Below, piece by piece: positions 7,759 to 17,665 of a stretch of DNA of 40,414 nt. The stretch is from a virus (taxonomy: Duplodnaviria > Heunggongvirae > Uroviricota > Caudoviricetes), in the IMG/VR virus record IMGVR_UViG_2917398303_000004, positions 1 to 40,414 of that record. One strand, 5' to 3'. The notes under the pieces are model-generated. The model saw nothing but the letters and a program-made list of their open reading frames with translations. It made no database searches and was not told where the DNA came from. Position 1 is the stretch's first letter. The number at the start of each line of letters is the position of its first letter. The translations under genes were made by a program, and so were the position numbers.

Positions 7759-10283
7759 TAACCCGTTCTCCTGTTAGTGTTCCAGCGCATCATCGCTTTT
7801 GAAATGTTTCCCTTGCCCCTTGCCAGGTCACTTGCTGCCTGTTGATAACCAAGTTTTGCTCCTTCTGTAGTTGCTTGTTTCATCATGGCAATCTGAGTGT
7901 CGGAAGGGTCACCGTTAACATTCATGTTTATAACGGGTGAGAAACTAGCCCCCTGCGTGGACTGCTGATTCACCCTGTCGAGTGTTTCATCAAGCTTGGC
8001 AGAGGTCTGGGAAGTAACGACGCGCTCCCCTTTCTGAAGAAGCCAAGTCCCGGTTTCTGGAACGCTGTCGATACCATCGTGCGCCATACCTGCAAAGGCA
8101 GAAGTGCCAACGGCTGCTACAAGCGGTGCAGTTACCGCCGCCGCTGTTGCCATCGCTGCAGGCGCAAGCGCTGGACCAACGATAGGAATTGCCGCTGTAG
8201 ATGCATAAGCGGCGATCTGAGCCTGTAAAGATGAAGCCTGCGCGTTTGCCAGCATTGATGCCGCTGCGCTTGCCTGAGTTGATTTACCTACCAGCAATTG
8301 CACCGCCTGATATACCAGCCATTGCGCCGCCATATCAGAAAGGGTTTTAATAATTGTTTCACCAAGTCCAGAGAAAATATTACTGAAGAAATCACCTAAA
8401 TCCTCTGCCCCGTGCACAAGATCATTCAGGTTGTCAGAGATGGATTCCGTTGCGCCATTGAGAATGGAGGTCATCGCATCGGCGGCGGTCTGGTAGTAAT
8501 CAGCAGAGTTATCAGCGTAATCATTCAACGCATCCATAATGCCGCTTTGCCAGTCACCCATCTGTGCGTCGGACTTTTTGTAATAGTCCTGCTGAATATC
8601 GAGACGCTCATCAAGTGCCTGCTGTAACGCTGCCGTCTCCTGGTCATAAAGCGATTTACTGATATCGCCGCTTTGGTATTGCTTCTGGAGGTCTGCCTGT
8701 CTGTCGAGAAAACTACGCTGAATATCCAGCAATTCCTTCATGCGCTGGCGAGTCTTATCGCCCATGCCTGCGCCAATAAAATCAGAATCATTAGCTGCCT
8801 GGTCATTCTGATTTTGTTTGCGTAAATTAGCGGTGAATTCGACAAGTTTCAGGTTTTCTTCGTTGGCTTTTTTCAGAGAGTTGAGACGGTCTATTTCCGT
8901 AGCAAGCTGCTCAAGGCGCTCTTTCTGTGCTGCATTAATCCCTGTTAATTTTCCGGAAGTGAAATCAAAACGAAGCTTCTCAAGCTCGGTGACCTGCTGA
9001 TTCTTTTTGCCAGTTGTGTCAATTAACGCAATCTGGCGCTGATAGCTCATTTCCAGAGACTTAAACGCTGACTCCAGCTTCTTGGCCCCGGCGTCTGGTG
9101 ATACTTTTCCGTTTGTCTCTCCTGAACCTAAGGAATAGTTTTTGCTGGATGATGATGGCCCACCGATGGTGGCCGGACTGAGAGGAAGATTATTACCGGC
9201 TTTCATAATGGAAAGTTGGCGTTCGAGCTGTGCTATTTCAACTTTCTTCCCGTCAACGTCCATACCAACTCTGTTAAAACTGGCAAGGAAGCCCTGGTCT
9301 TCTACATCCGCTTTGAGGTTGTTGAGTCGACGCTCTATATCAGTTACAGATGCATTGTCACCAACAGCCTTACCGCCTTTGTACAGGTCAATCAACTTAC
9401 CTGCTTCAGCGCCAACTTTCACAAGCCAGGTAGCGAGGTCAACTACGCCGCCAACCAGGTCTGTTAGTCCCTGAATCACCTGAGGGTCTTTGAAAACATC
9501 GCCCATGTCAGTGATCGCATTCTGTATTCCTGACAGGTCAACATTGGCAAGACCGGTAGCAATCTCAATTTTTACGCCGTTTACCTGTGCCTCCATGTCC
9601 TCAAACAGGGAGTTTACTTTCACCAGTTTTTCGATGTCTGCATCATCAGGAGCGACACCAAACTGCTTTGCCGCGTCCATGTACTGACGAAGCTTTTCAC
9701 CACCCTGATCAAGTAAGGGCAGGAGCTTTGACAGGTCATTACCAAGGCTTTCGAGAATGGTTGTTTTTTCGGCGTTTGTTTTTATCTTGCCAAGAGCATC
9801 ACTGATAGCGAGAAGTTGTTTATCAGGTGACTCACCGGCTAATTTTTTAGCGGATAATCCCAGCGCATCAAGCGCACCGACAGCTTCACCAGATTTATTT
9901 AAGACCGCATCACCAATCTTATCGCCAATATCCTTAAAGATATCAGCCATCTGGTCACCAGATACCCCAGCCTTTTCGGCTGCATACTGCCAGGCCAGCA
10001 GAGACTGAGTAGACATATTGAGCGACTTAGCCCAACGGTCTGTTTCAGTGATCTGTTTGGAAGTGGTTTTCAGCAGGTTATAACCAGCAACGCCTACACC
10101 AATTGCTGCAGCGCTTGCTGCTGCCGCAAAAGCGGTGAACGCGGTAGCCGCAGCCTTGGCGTCGGATTGTACCTGTTTTCGCCATTTTTGAGATGCTCGT
10201 TCAGCCTGGCTTAGACCAGATACAAATCCACCAACCTTAGCTACCAGGTCAATGGTCAGCGTTCCTAGGGATTTACCAGCCAT
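7758..10283 (-). CDS. Tail tape measure protein
   Basis: 841 aa, Ala/Gln-rich coiled-coil composition, located after G/GT chaperone. Confidence 0.85.
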   Translation of the reverse strand: MAGKSLGTLTIDLVAKVGGFVSGLSQAERASQKWRKQVQSDAKAAATAFTAFAAAASAAAIGVGVAGYNLLKTTSKQITETDRWAKSLNMSTQSLLAWQYAAEKAGVSGDQMADIFKDIGDKIGDAVLNKSGEAVGALDALGLSAKKLAGESPDKQLLAISDALGKIKTNAEKTTILESLGNDLSKLLPLLDQGGEKLRQYMDAAKQFGVAPDDADIEKLVKVNSLFEDMEAQVNGVKIEIATGLANVDLSGIQNAITDMGDVFKDPQVIQGLTDLVGGVVDLATWLVKVGAEAGKLIDLYKGGKAVGDNASVTDIERRLNNLKADVEDQGFLASFNRVGMDVDGKKVEIAQLERQLSIMKAGNNLPLSPATIGGPSSSSKNYSLGSGETNGKVSPDAGAKKLESAFKSLEMSYQRQIALIDTTGKKNQQVTELEKLRFDFTSGKLTGINAAQKERLEQLATEIDRLNSLKKANEENLKLVEFTANLRKQNQNDQAANDSDFIGAGMGDKTRQRMKELLDIQRSFLDRQADLQKQYQSGDISKSLYDQETAALQQALDERLDIQQDYYKKSDAQMGDWQSGIMDALNDYADNSADYYQTAADAMTSILNGATESISDNLNDLVHGAEDLGDFFSNIFSGLGETIIKTLSDMAAQWLVYQAVQLLVGKSTQASAAASMLANAQASSLQAQIAAYASTAAIPIVGPALAPAAMATAAAVTAPLVAAVGTSAFAGMAHDGIDSVPETGTWLLQKGERVVTSQTSAKLDETLDRVNQQSTQGASFSPVINMNVNGDPSDTQIAMMKQATTEGAKLGYQQAASDLARGKGNISKAMMRWNTNRRTG

Positions 10284-10284
10284 G

Positions 10285-10928
10285 CTATGTCCACTCCTGC
10301 ATAGCCTGCTCCAGTGAAATGGAAGGCTCGTTAATGTGTGGTGTGAAGTCTGTTACTTTGAAGGAGGGGGAATCTTTTCCACGATTGACGTTAGCCAGCA
10401 CAGAAGAGATAAGGCCAGCGGCCCACTCAGTACGCATCATTCCGTTAAGGCTACCGTACTTTTGACGGTAAAGAACCCAGTCGCGATACTCTGTAACGCT
10501 AACGCGTTCTTTTGCTTCAGCAATGGTACGACCGCCGATCCCGTTGAGAACTAATTCACACCAGAATTCGTCTTCTGCGCTGAGTTCGCCTTTCCCAGGT
10601 CGTTAACCTGCTGAATAGCGACAAGCAGAGCAACGGTAAGAGCACCATCAAGTGCGCCGCGCTCAGGGTCTGCTTCACCAGTGATATCGGCGACAGTGAA
10701 AACAGGTGCACCATTTTCATCACAGATTGATGCAGCAATACGCCCTGCAACACCATCAATTTTTCCCACTGCTGAAAGAACATTTGATACCGCGTCGTGA
10801 TAACCCATTGGGCGGATATAAACGGTAGCTGTGATCTCCTTATCACCTTGCTTCCAGGTAATTTCCTTTTCAACAGGACGACCAGTGAACGCCCCTGCCT
10901 GTTTTAACGAATCCATATTCAGTTTCAT
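10285..10928 (-). CDS. Tail assembly chaperone G-T fusion produced by programmed -1 frameshift
   Basis: Own translation: -1 frame is open from the GGGAAAG site (10590-10596) to TAG at 10285-10287, ending 1 nt before the tape measure ATG. Confidence 0.6.
10551..10928 (-). CDS. Tail assembly chaperone (G-like)
   Basis: 125-aa ORF between major tail and tape measure genes; contains slippery heptamer near its 3' end. Confidence 0.7.
   Translation of the reverse strand: MKLNMDSLKQAGAFTGRPVEKEITWKQGDKEITATVYIRPMGYHDAVSNVLSAVGKIDGVAGRIAASICDENGAPVFTVADITGEADPERGALDGALTVALLVAIQQVNDLGKANSAQKTNSGVN
10590..10596 (-). other. Slippery heptamer G GGA AAG (programmed -1 ribosomal frameshift site)
   Basis: Exact X XXY YYZ heptamer, identical to the lambda G/GT slip site, in the zero frame of the chaperone. 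Confidence 0.6.
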
Positions 10929-10978
10929 TTCTTTCCTCTCAATTTGCGGGGTTTCCCCCGCTCATTAATGTCTGGTTA

Positions 10979-11476
10979 TTAGCTTGTTGGTTGGGCCTTT
11001 GGAACCCAAACCCCCTGTCCTGAACGCTGAATAGTTGCTGAGGTTTGTACGACCGTATTAGCCTGGAAGTCGAACGGGAAATCAGAAACATAGCCCTGGA
11101 ATACATACCAGGTACGCGTATCCGGTAAAGAAAGACCATCTACTGCATCTGGATCACCAGAAGTCGCTACCGTTGGTTCATCCGTTCCATCAGCCCAGCC
11201 AATAGCGAAGGTCAGGTTTGTTTGATCGCTTGATTCGGCAAGATTGCTCAGCATGACATGACTGGTGTTTGCCGGGTCTGCGTTAAGAGCTACCGTAGCC
11301 TGACCAGGTGTGCGCAGACCTTTTTTGTAGGAACGAGTACTGGTTTCACTCAGACAGGTATCTTCAATCTGATCTGCCGGGCTACTACCTGGTGAGAACG
11401 AAGTAATACATTCAACTTCACTGACCACACCGTTATTCAGAACGTACATCTGAGTGCCTTGAGTCACTACTGACAT
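10979..11476 (-). CDS. Major tail (tube) protein
   Basis: 165-aa ORF directly upstream of the chaperone pair; preceded by a terminator/attenuator hairpin. Confidence 0.6.
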   Translation of the reverse strand: MSVVTQGTQMYVLNNGVVSEVECITSFSPGSSPADQIEDTCLSETSTRSYKKGLRTPGQATVALNADPANTSHVMLSNLAESSDQTNLTFAIGWADGTDEPTVATSGDPDAVDGLSLPDTRTWYVFQGYVSDFPFDFQANTVVQTSATIQRSGQGVWVPKAQPTS

Positions 11477-11490
11477 AATTATCTCCGGGT

Positions 11491-11517
11491 ATAAAAAAAC
11501 CGGCTCAAGGCCGGTTG
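11491..11517 (-). terminator. Rho-independent terminator/attenuator upstream of major tail gene (AACCGGCCTTGAGCCGGTT + T-run on minus strand)
   Basis: 7-bp GC-rich stem followed by 7 T on the minus strand. Confidence 0.5.
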
Positions 11518-11528
11518 TGGAAGGTTTG

Positions 11529-11894
11529 TTATCGGTTGACTATCCAGTCAACGTCGAAAGAATATCGATACCTGAGCGTCTCAGGGTCTCGCGTCTGATT
11601 ATCCCAGCGAACAATGTTGGCTTTTACCTCAATCGCATTACGCATGGCTTTAGCGACCGCAATAGCCTCATCAGGGGTATCGGCATAGATATCAACCTGA
11701 AGCGAATACATGTCCGCATCTGGTCGTTGGTTAAGGAAATTTTCAGGAGAGCCGCTGATGTTCTGCCAGACGGCGTATGGATAAACAACGTTATCGTCCT
11801 GAATACCGAAAGGGTAAATTCTTACCGGATTGCTTCCGAGTAGAGCAGTGACTTCAGGACTCGACGCGCAAACAGGAAAAATAGGAGCAATCAT
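11529..11894 (-). CDS. Tail completion / neck protein (hypothetical)
   Basis: 121-aa ORF in head-tail joining gene block. Confidence 0.4.
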   Translation of the reverse strand: MIAPIFPVCASSPEVTALLGSNPVRIYPFGIQDDNVVYPYAVWQNISGSPENFLNQRPDADMYSLQVDIYADTPDEAIAVAKAMRNAIEVKANIVRWDNQTRDPETLRYRYSFDVDWIVNR

Positions 11895-12376
11895 GCCGTC
11901 TCTCCTTTCTTCTGTGCTCGTTTGATAGCTCGGTCAATCCCCGCTTCGTAGTTAACAGAGAAGGTGTTGAAAACCTCTATCAGCCTGGAATTTGCAGCAG
12001 CACGAACGAGCGGTTTTGCTGCCATCTTTTCAGTGCCAAACTCAAGAAGGCGCCAGTGAGGAGTGGGTGCATCTTTCGCAGTGCTTGGATGCTTTTTTAA
12101 TACGGCTCCCTGAAGAATTCCTATCCTGAAGGCAAGATCACCGGTTTGTTTAAACATACGACCATTCCAGCGCATCGCAGCGTTATCAGCAATGCTACGT
12201 GCGGTGTGAGGATCGTCGATCCGCTCTGCGTTTCTCTTTATCTGAGTTACGATAACGTTTCCCGCCTTCCTCAGTGCGGAGCGCCCTGTTTTGCGCTTAG
12301 TTTCCGTGGTAATGGCTTCTAACTTACCAAGCAGTGAATCTACACCTTCAAGCTTAAACTCAATGCTGTCAGCCAT
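11891..12376 (-). CDS. HK97 gp10-like head-tail joining protein
   Basis: 161-aa ORF, position and composition consistent with the HK97 gp10 family; overlapping stop/start. Confidence 0.5.
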   Translation of the reverse strand: MADSIEFKLEGVDSLLGKLEAITTETKRKTGRSALRKAGNVIVTQIKRNAERIDDPHTARSIADNAAMRWNGRMFKQTGDLAFRIGILQGAVLKKHPSTAKDAPTPHWRLLEFGTEKMAAKPLVRAAANSRLIEVFNTFSVNYEAGIDRAIKRAQKKGETA

Positions 12377-12701
12377 CCTTCACCCCCTCTGAGCACGGAA
12401 GCGTGAGATATTCAAGTCCACTATCAGGATCAGGAAGAATCCCCTCAATGCTGTAGATTTTGCCACGGAAAAGAATACGGTCTTTCTCCTGGATATCTTC
12501 CCGGTATCGGATAGTGATTCTGGCCGTTACTTTTACGTTTGATGCCTGGGCTGTAATGAAATCCCTGACCGAAGAGGCAACCACGCTACCCCACACCTCT
12601 GCAAGGTCATTCCAGGTGTATTCCATTGCACCAGTAGTAGGTGACTGTATAGTCGTTCTCCGCTGGATTGTGATGCGGTGGCGCAGTTTTGCAAATTCCA
12701 A
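12369..12701 (-). CDS. Head-tail adaptor / head closure protein
   Basis: 110-aa ORF with features of the phage head-tail joining family; operon position. Confidence 0.5.
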   Translation of the reverse strand: MEFAKLRHRITIQRRTTIQSPTTGAMEYTWNDLAEVWGSVVASSVRDFITAQASNVKVTARITIRYREDIQEKDRILFRGKIYSIEGILPDPDSGLEYLTLPCSEGVKDG

Positions 12702-12703
12702 AA

Positions 12704-12904
12704 TTACCTCGGCTTGCCATCAAGATAGGTTTGCGGTGGCAAATCATCGTCAATTTCATCAACGAGCGTTTTTGCAATCAGAGATACCAGCGTTTCATCA
12801 GCCTGAGCCAGGCGATTTATCGCTTCTGCCTGTTTGAGTTGAGACGCCGCCAGTGCCTTCAGCGCTACCGTTAATTCGTTTACCTGCTGCTCGTTCATAG
12901 GCAA
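12704..12904 (-). CDS. Hypothetical small virion-module protein
   Basis: 66-aa ORF tightly packed between head-tail genes. Confidence 0.35.
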   Translation of the reverse strand: MPMNEQQVNELTVALKALAASQLKQAEAINRLAQADETLVSLIAKTLVDEIDDDLPPQTYLDGKPR

Positions 12905-12969
12905 TCCTCGTCCACTTTTTTATCCACTCGCGCCGTTTGACGCATCCTGCGCATGCCATACCCGCCCCC

Positions 12970-13296
12970 TTAAAGAATTGTCGGCTTACGGAGGTCGTAA
13001 ATCAGCATTGAAACAGAAAATGGAAGTTCACCTTGTTTCAGCTTCTCTTCCTCTTCGCCGCCACGATTACGGTCAAGATAGCCAAGCAGAACCAACAGGG
13101 CTGTCTGAACGCGAGTAAGCGGCTCACCATCGATAAGTTTTCCAGTGTCATCAACGATCAGTGACCTGCTTCCCTGGATGTAAGAAAGGATTGCTGCACT
13201 TCCACCCTGTATTTTTAAGGTCAGGTCCAAATCACCGTAATCATCATCGATACGGAGATGAATTTTTGCCTCTTCGAGCGTCACCAGTTCAATCAT
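12970..13296 (-). CDS. Head-tail connector protein (gp6-like)
   Basis: N-terminal LEEAKxHLRIDDD motif typical of gp6-like connectors. Confidence 0.6.
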   Translation of the reverse strand: MIELVTLEEAKIHLRIDDDYGDLDLTLKIQGGSAAILSYIQGSRSLIVDDTGKLIDGEPLTRVQTALLVLLGYLDRNRGGEEEEKLKQGELPFSVSMLIYDLRKPTIL

Positions 13297-14177
13297 GGCT
13301 TATCCCTCAGGTCTCGACCTTTCTTAACAGCAAGTGTCCATCCCTTAGAGCCCGTTTCACCTGGTTTGTCGGTAGTAGGTTCGCTGCAGTGCCACATAGA
13401 GCCGCCCCATGTAACAGTGTCGCCAGGCTGATACTCTGTACCGGCTTTAAACACATCACGATAAATAGTTACCGGGATGTCAAAGGACTTAACTTCAACT
13501 GCTCCACTTGCTCTTTCCAGTGAGATTGAGAAGGTTCGCTGTTTATCCTGTTTGATATCGACGTTCGACACGCCATCAACGATGCATTCCCAGCCTCGCA
13601 TGCCGTGCGTCTTTTCATGAGAGCGCCAAAGACCGCCGTTGTGTGTTGCGTAAGTTCCGCGAGGGTAACTTTTCGTCTCGTCAATGAATGGTTCTAGCTC
13701 GATTGATAAAGCATCTTTACCATCGCTGCCAGGCTCAGGAACTTGAATGTTCGCGGCCACATCTTCAGCCAGTTTTTCAACATCTACCGGCTCTGGAAGT
13801 GATGCTGATACAACCTCTTCAACCAGAGAGCGAAGGTCTTCTGCACTGACGCTTTTACCATCCTTAGGCTTGGGTAGTGATTCTAAAGCCTGCTTCACCG
13901 CACTTTCGGCTGCGTCGTCAATGATCTGGCTAAAGTCGGGTAGTTCTGGTGATTTTGGCAACTCAATAGCGCTTACCGCTTCCGCAACCATTTTGGATAC
14001 ATCAGGAATTTCTACAGGTTGAACTTCAGGGATTGATCCCCTCAGTTCTTCAAGTTGCTTTTCCAGATTACTGGCTGTTTTCTCCAGCGCTTGATGAAAG
14101 TCATCTGCCATTTTTTGAATGGCTGTTCCAAACTCTTCACCAAGCGCCTTTATCAGGGATAATTCACGTTCATTCAT
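13293..14177 (-). CDS. Hypothetical head-module protein with coiled-coil N-terminus
   Basis: 294-aa ORF between portal and connector genes; acidic coiled-coil N-terminal half. Confidence 0.4.
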   Translation of the reverse strand: MNERELSLIKALGEEFGTAIQKMADDFHQALEKTASNLEKQLEELRGSIPEVQPVEIPDVSKMVAEAVSAIELPKSPELPDFSQIIDDAAESAVKQALESLPKPKDGKSVSAEDLRSLVEEVVSASLPEPVDVEKLAEDVAANIQVPEPGSDGKDALSIELEPFIDETKSYPRGTYATHNGGLWRSHEKTHGMRGWECIVDGVSNVDIKQDKQRTFSISLERASGAVEVKSFDIPVTIYRDVFKAGTEYQPGDTVTWGGSMWHCSEPTTDKPGETGSKGWTLAVKKGRDLRDKP

Positions 14178-15526
14178 TTTGTTAATAATCCTCTGAGCAT
14201 TGATTTCGCCGCGAAAAGTTCTGTCTCGGTTAATGCTTTTCCACCTTCGTCTACTGGCTCTGGCGATGGCTGCGTCTGTTGCGTCCCTTTCGCGAATGGG
14301 TCTTCTGATGCATCGCGCTTGGCCAGAGCTGCCAGGCTGTAGTTCTGCTGCTGCAGGAAGAGAGAATCACCACCTTCAACAGGAGGAAGGTTTTCACTTT
14401 TACGGGCTTCGTTTGGAGTAAGAATGGTGCTTTTGACGCCATCACCCAACGCTTTCATTCTGCGTTCGCTGTCCATGCGTAATAGTGCGCCGATATCAAG
14501 TTCAACCCGCTTTTTTACACCAAGATCGAAAGCTTCTTTCAGAAGAGACTCGATAGATTCAATCAGCACCTGCAGGCACTGTGAGTAATATTGTTGCTCA
14601 AGCGCTTCAACGTTGTCAGAACTGGGTATTTCTCCTACGCCAGCTTTATATGCCGGGACGTGGAAAGCTGAGCAAACCATTTCAGCAGAGAGTTTCTGCT
14701 GCTCAACAGTCTGTGCATCGACAGCTGACATGGTGATCGCTTTGTATTCTGCGCCGCCTGATAGCAGTCCAGTTTTCCCAGCATTTTCTCCGGTGTAACC
14801 TGTATCCCACCCTGCTTTAATTTCTCTCGCTTTAACTTCATCAATTGAGCCAGGAACAGTGATAACACCGCTTGGTTTACCTCCATTTTTAAAGAAGAAT
14901 GCAGAGCTTTCCTGAATGTGCTTCCCCTGCATTGCGGCGAGTCCGCAGGCGTAGATGGGAGAAATGCCAATAAGAGGATGAAATAGGCAATTAAAGCGAT
15001 CGTGAATGATTTCGCGTGCAGGTACGGTTACTTGTGCCGGGAGACCACTAATCTGGTCAGGACTGATTTGGTAAAAGACAGACCCGTCATCAGCGACCAA
15101 AGGGATGACTTTATCCGGATCAAGAATGCGAAGCTCTGTAATTTTCCCGGTATTATTTTTTACCTTCATCACGTAGGTGTTACCGCGTGAAAGTTTAGAA
15201 TTCATCCACGTTTCAAAGAACTGAATTGTGTTCTGAAACTGGTTAGGTTTGCTGATTAGTTTATCGAAATTGTCATCCGCAACTTCTTTCCAGATGCCAT
15301 TAGAATCTTTGGCCTGAATGGATGGCGACATCTTTGAAATGTCACTGGCAATCAGGGTTATGCAGGAAAACACCGCATAATAGGAAAGTACGGTTTCATT
15401 CCTGATTTCCATGTTTCTTTGCCAGGCGCCTGCGAAAGGTTCTCTGACAAAGGAAAATATTGGAGTCCAGCCGCGAGATGATGGTTGCTGTAGTGCTTTC
15501 TCTTTCCGTCTAAAAGGATTCCACAT
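14174..15526 (-). CDS. Portal protein (HK97 family)
   Basis: 450 aa with NGGKPSGV...GENAGKTGLLSGGAEYK region typical of the Phage_portal family. Confidence 0.7.
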   Translation of the reverse strand: MWNPFRRKEKALQQPSSRGWTPIFSFVREPFAGAWQRNMEIRNETVLSYYAVFSCITLIASDISKMSPSIQAKDSNGIWKEVADDNFDKLISKPNQFQNTIQFFETWMNSKLSRGNTYVMKVKNNTGKITELRILDPDKVIPLVADDGSVFYQISPDQISGLPAQVTVPAREIIHDRFNCLFHPLIGISPIYACGLAAMQGKHIQESSAFFFKNGGKPSGVITVPGSIDEVKAREIKAGWDTGYTGENAGKTGLLSGGAEYKAITMSAVDAQTVEQQKLSAEMVCSAFHVPAYKAGVGEIPSSDNVEALEQQYYSQCLQVLIESIESLLKEAFDLGVKKRVELDIGALLRMDSERRMKALGDGVKSTILTPNEARKSENLPPVEGGDSLFLQQQNYSLAALAKRDASEDPFAKGTQQTQPSPEPVDEGGKALTETELFAAKSMLRGLLTK

Positions 15527-15696
15527 CAGCCATTCTCCGCGTTAACTTTTTTCTTTTTCGGTCCGCCAGCTTTTTTGCCAGTCAAATATTCAGCTTTATG
15601 CAGCAGAACCAGCACCTTTGCGCACTGGTCATTCACATTTTTCTCATCACCTGGCAATGAGTCATGTGTACGCTGTAGGTATCTGATCTTTGCCAT
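15526..15696 (-). CDS. Small Lys-rich ORF (56 aa) translationally coupled to portal gene
   Basis: Own translation; TGATG stop/start overlap with portal ATG; below the ORF-track size cutoff. Confidence 0.3.
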   Translation of the reverse strand: MAKIRYLQRTHDSLPGDEKNVNDQCAKVLVLLHKAEYLTGKKAGGPKKKKVNAENG

Positions 15697-15728
15697 ATGA
15701 AATGGCGGGGTTTCCCCCGCCCTCCTTC

Positions 15729-17375
15729 TTAGCTGGTAGCGCCAGTGCTGTAATCAACGCCGGAGATAACAGCTACTGCTGCATCGCGACGGCGTTTCCA
15801 GTTAATCCAGCGCTCTGCACGAATGGCCACGCTGTTGGTCTGGAACATGGATACCAGTTCCACTGCCGTTGGTGTGGTGCTGTCATGGGTCGGAGTACTC
15901 TGCATTTCCAGAGAAGCTTCGCGAGACATATCAACGGCGACACCGCCGTCATCAGCCAGGTACACATCCGGCGCGTTAACCAATACCAACTGATTGCCAA
16001 CGTACTGGGAGACAATTACTGGCAGACCCTGGAATGTACCGCCCAGCATGGTCATGTCAGGATACTCTTTCTGGCCCAGGGCATTTTTACGCATTGAGAG
16101 AGTGAGAGCCGTAGTACTGGACATCAGCCATACCGCGCCATTCGGCTGCAGGTTATTGGTAATAAATTGACCAAATGCTGCTGCAGCATCGGTATCCGGA
16201 TCGCCAGTAGACGGAATCGCAGTAATGCCGTTGGTAATAGATGCAGGGGAAACATCAGCCACTGCCGCTTTTGCCGGGTCGATGAAGTCGGTATCCAGCC
16301 GCGCGATCACCGCTTCAGCCAGGGCGTTACGCACCAGAGCATCAGCAGATGGATTTGAGAAACGGATCAACTCTTCGGTCAGTACTGCAATAGAAGCCAC
16401 CTTGGAGAAACCGAAGGTGATGGTTGCGAAGTCAAACTTGGTCAGAGGCTTGGCTTTACCCTGACCAACCCAGTTAGCAGAACCTCCGGAGGTCTGCGCC
16501 GGAATTCGAACATTGAACGGAACCTGACGCAGGGACGGGATGTTACCCTGGCCAAAACGTCCGATAATGGTCTGAGGACGCAGAAACTCAACGAAATCCT
16601 GCGCGTAATCCTGATATTCAACCAGTGCACCAGCCCAGGCAGGGTCTGTGGTAGTGCCAGCACTTACCGCAGCTTTCAGAACGTGATGAAGTTTGGTGTC
16701 ATCAGGATACTGGTTTTTCGCAATCTGTAGCGCTTCGGAGCGGCTACCGTTACCAGCTGCCAGAGACTTGGCAAAACGGGCAAAGGCAATACCTTTTTCC
16801 AGCTTAGGCTCTACACGGATGATGGATGGTGCGTTATTCACCACTGTAACTTCACCAGATGCTGCTTTAGTTACTGGCTTGGCGGTTGATGCCATGCTGG
16901 TTTCCATATCACGCAGGCGTTTAAGGTGCTCGTCGACCGCTTTGATTTCAGTAGAGGTGTTGTCGTAGCTTTCTGTTTCTTCCGCATCCAGCGTGCGGCC
17001 TTCATCGGCGGCTTTGCTCATGATGTCGTTCAGTGAAGAGGCCAGCGCTGCACGCTTGTTTTCAAAACTTTTGATCTGTTCAGCGATATTCATCGTTGAT
17101 TTTCCTTTTTGAGAAGATTTATTCGGTGCTGAAGCGCCAGCAGAATTTATGGTTTTCACTACCGGTTTCTCAGTGCCGAGCGCGGCGAGTAACTGGCGGT
17201 CAAACGATTTAACGGTTTGAATCGAACACTCGGCATTCGCCGGGATCGTTACTGCAGAGACTTCAAGAAGCTCCCATTCAAGAAAATGGATGCCACCAGA
17301 GCCGAGATATGCGTATTTAATTGGCTTGAAGCCGATAGAAAGGCCTTTCACAGACCTGATTTGATCGATGCCCAC
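15729..17375 (-). CDS. Major capsid protein (HK97 fold) with N-terminal scaffold-like delta region and the C-terminal part of an S78 prohead protease domain
   Basis: GLSIGF protease Ser motif at N-terminus, coiled-coil segment, then capsid-fold core; in a different frame from the protease N-terminal ORF. Confidence 0.75.
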   Translation of the reverse strand: MGIDQIRSVKGLSIGFKPIKYAYLGSGGIHFLEWELLEVSAVTIPANAECSIQTVKSFDRQLLAALGTEKPVVKTINSAGASAPNKSSQKGKSTMNIAEQIKSFENKRAALASSLNDIMSKAADEGRTLDAEETESYDNTSTEIKAVDEHLKRLRDMETSMASTAKPVTKAASGEVTVVNNAPSIIRVEPKLEKGIAFARFAKSLAAGNGSRSEALQIAKNQYPDDTKLHHVLKAAVSAGTTTDPAWAGALVEYQDYAQDFVEFLRPQTIIGRFGQGNIPSLRQVPFNVRIPAQTSGGSANWVGQGKAKPLTKFDFATITFGFSKVASIAVLTEELIRFSNPSADALVRNALAEAVIARLDTDFIDPAKAAVADVSPASITNGITAIPSTGDPDTDAAAAFGQFITNNLQPNGAVWLMSSTTALTLSMRKNALGQKEYPDMTMLGGTFQGLPVIVSQYVGNQLVLVNAPDVYLADDGGVAVDMSREASLEMQSTPTHDSTTPTAVELVSMFQTNSVAIRAERWINWKRRRDAAVAVISGVDYSTGATS

Positions 17376-17665
17376 GCTTCTTCAAGCCTAGCCACAAGTT
17401 GCGATGGCATGTCAGGTGTTGGCTTAACAAGTTGCGCCGTGATCTGAAGCCCTTCATTCACTTTCTTTGCAGAACAGTTCCCAATAGGTTGGGTTCTGTC
17501 GTGCTGCCAGAGAAAAGGGTTTTCACTGCCGAACTTCGCACCGTCTGGGTCCATAATGTCGCCGTCACGGTCAGGTGATGGTGTGGAAGCAATCCCGGTG
17601 ATTATCCGTTTGTCCTCATCCACCGCTTTCACCGTCATGATCGTACATGCGCGGTCAAGCTTCAT
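17348..17665 (-). CDS. Prohead protease (S78/U35 family) N-terminal portion, frame-broken from the downstream ORF
   Basis: Contains the WQHD catalytic His region; the Ser motif lies in the overlapping ORF 15729-17375. Confidence 0.55.
   Translation of the reverse strand: MKLDRACTIMTVKAVDEDKRIITGIASTPSPDRDGDIMDPDGAKFGSENPFLWQHDRTQPIGNCSAKKVNEGLQITAQLVKPTPDMPSQLVARLEEAWASIKSGL

Noticed and set aside
8412-10008. Several plus-strand ORFs of 60-110 aa inside the tape measure gene region
   Set aside because: They lie antisense to a long, well-supported minus-strand gene, have low-complexity translations and no ribosome-binding context; treated as spurious.
10556-10873. 105-aa minus-strand ORF overlapping the tail assembly chaperone in another frame
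   Set aside because: Alternative-frame shadow of the chaperone gene; not the frameshift product, which continues downstream from 10590, not within the chaperone body.
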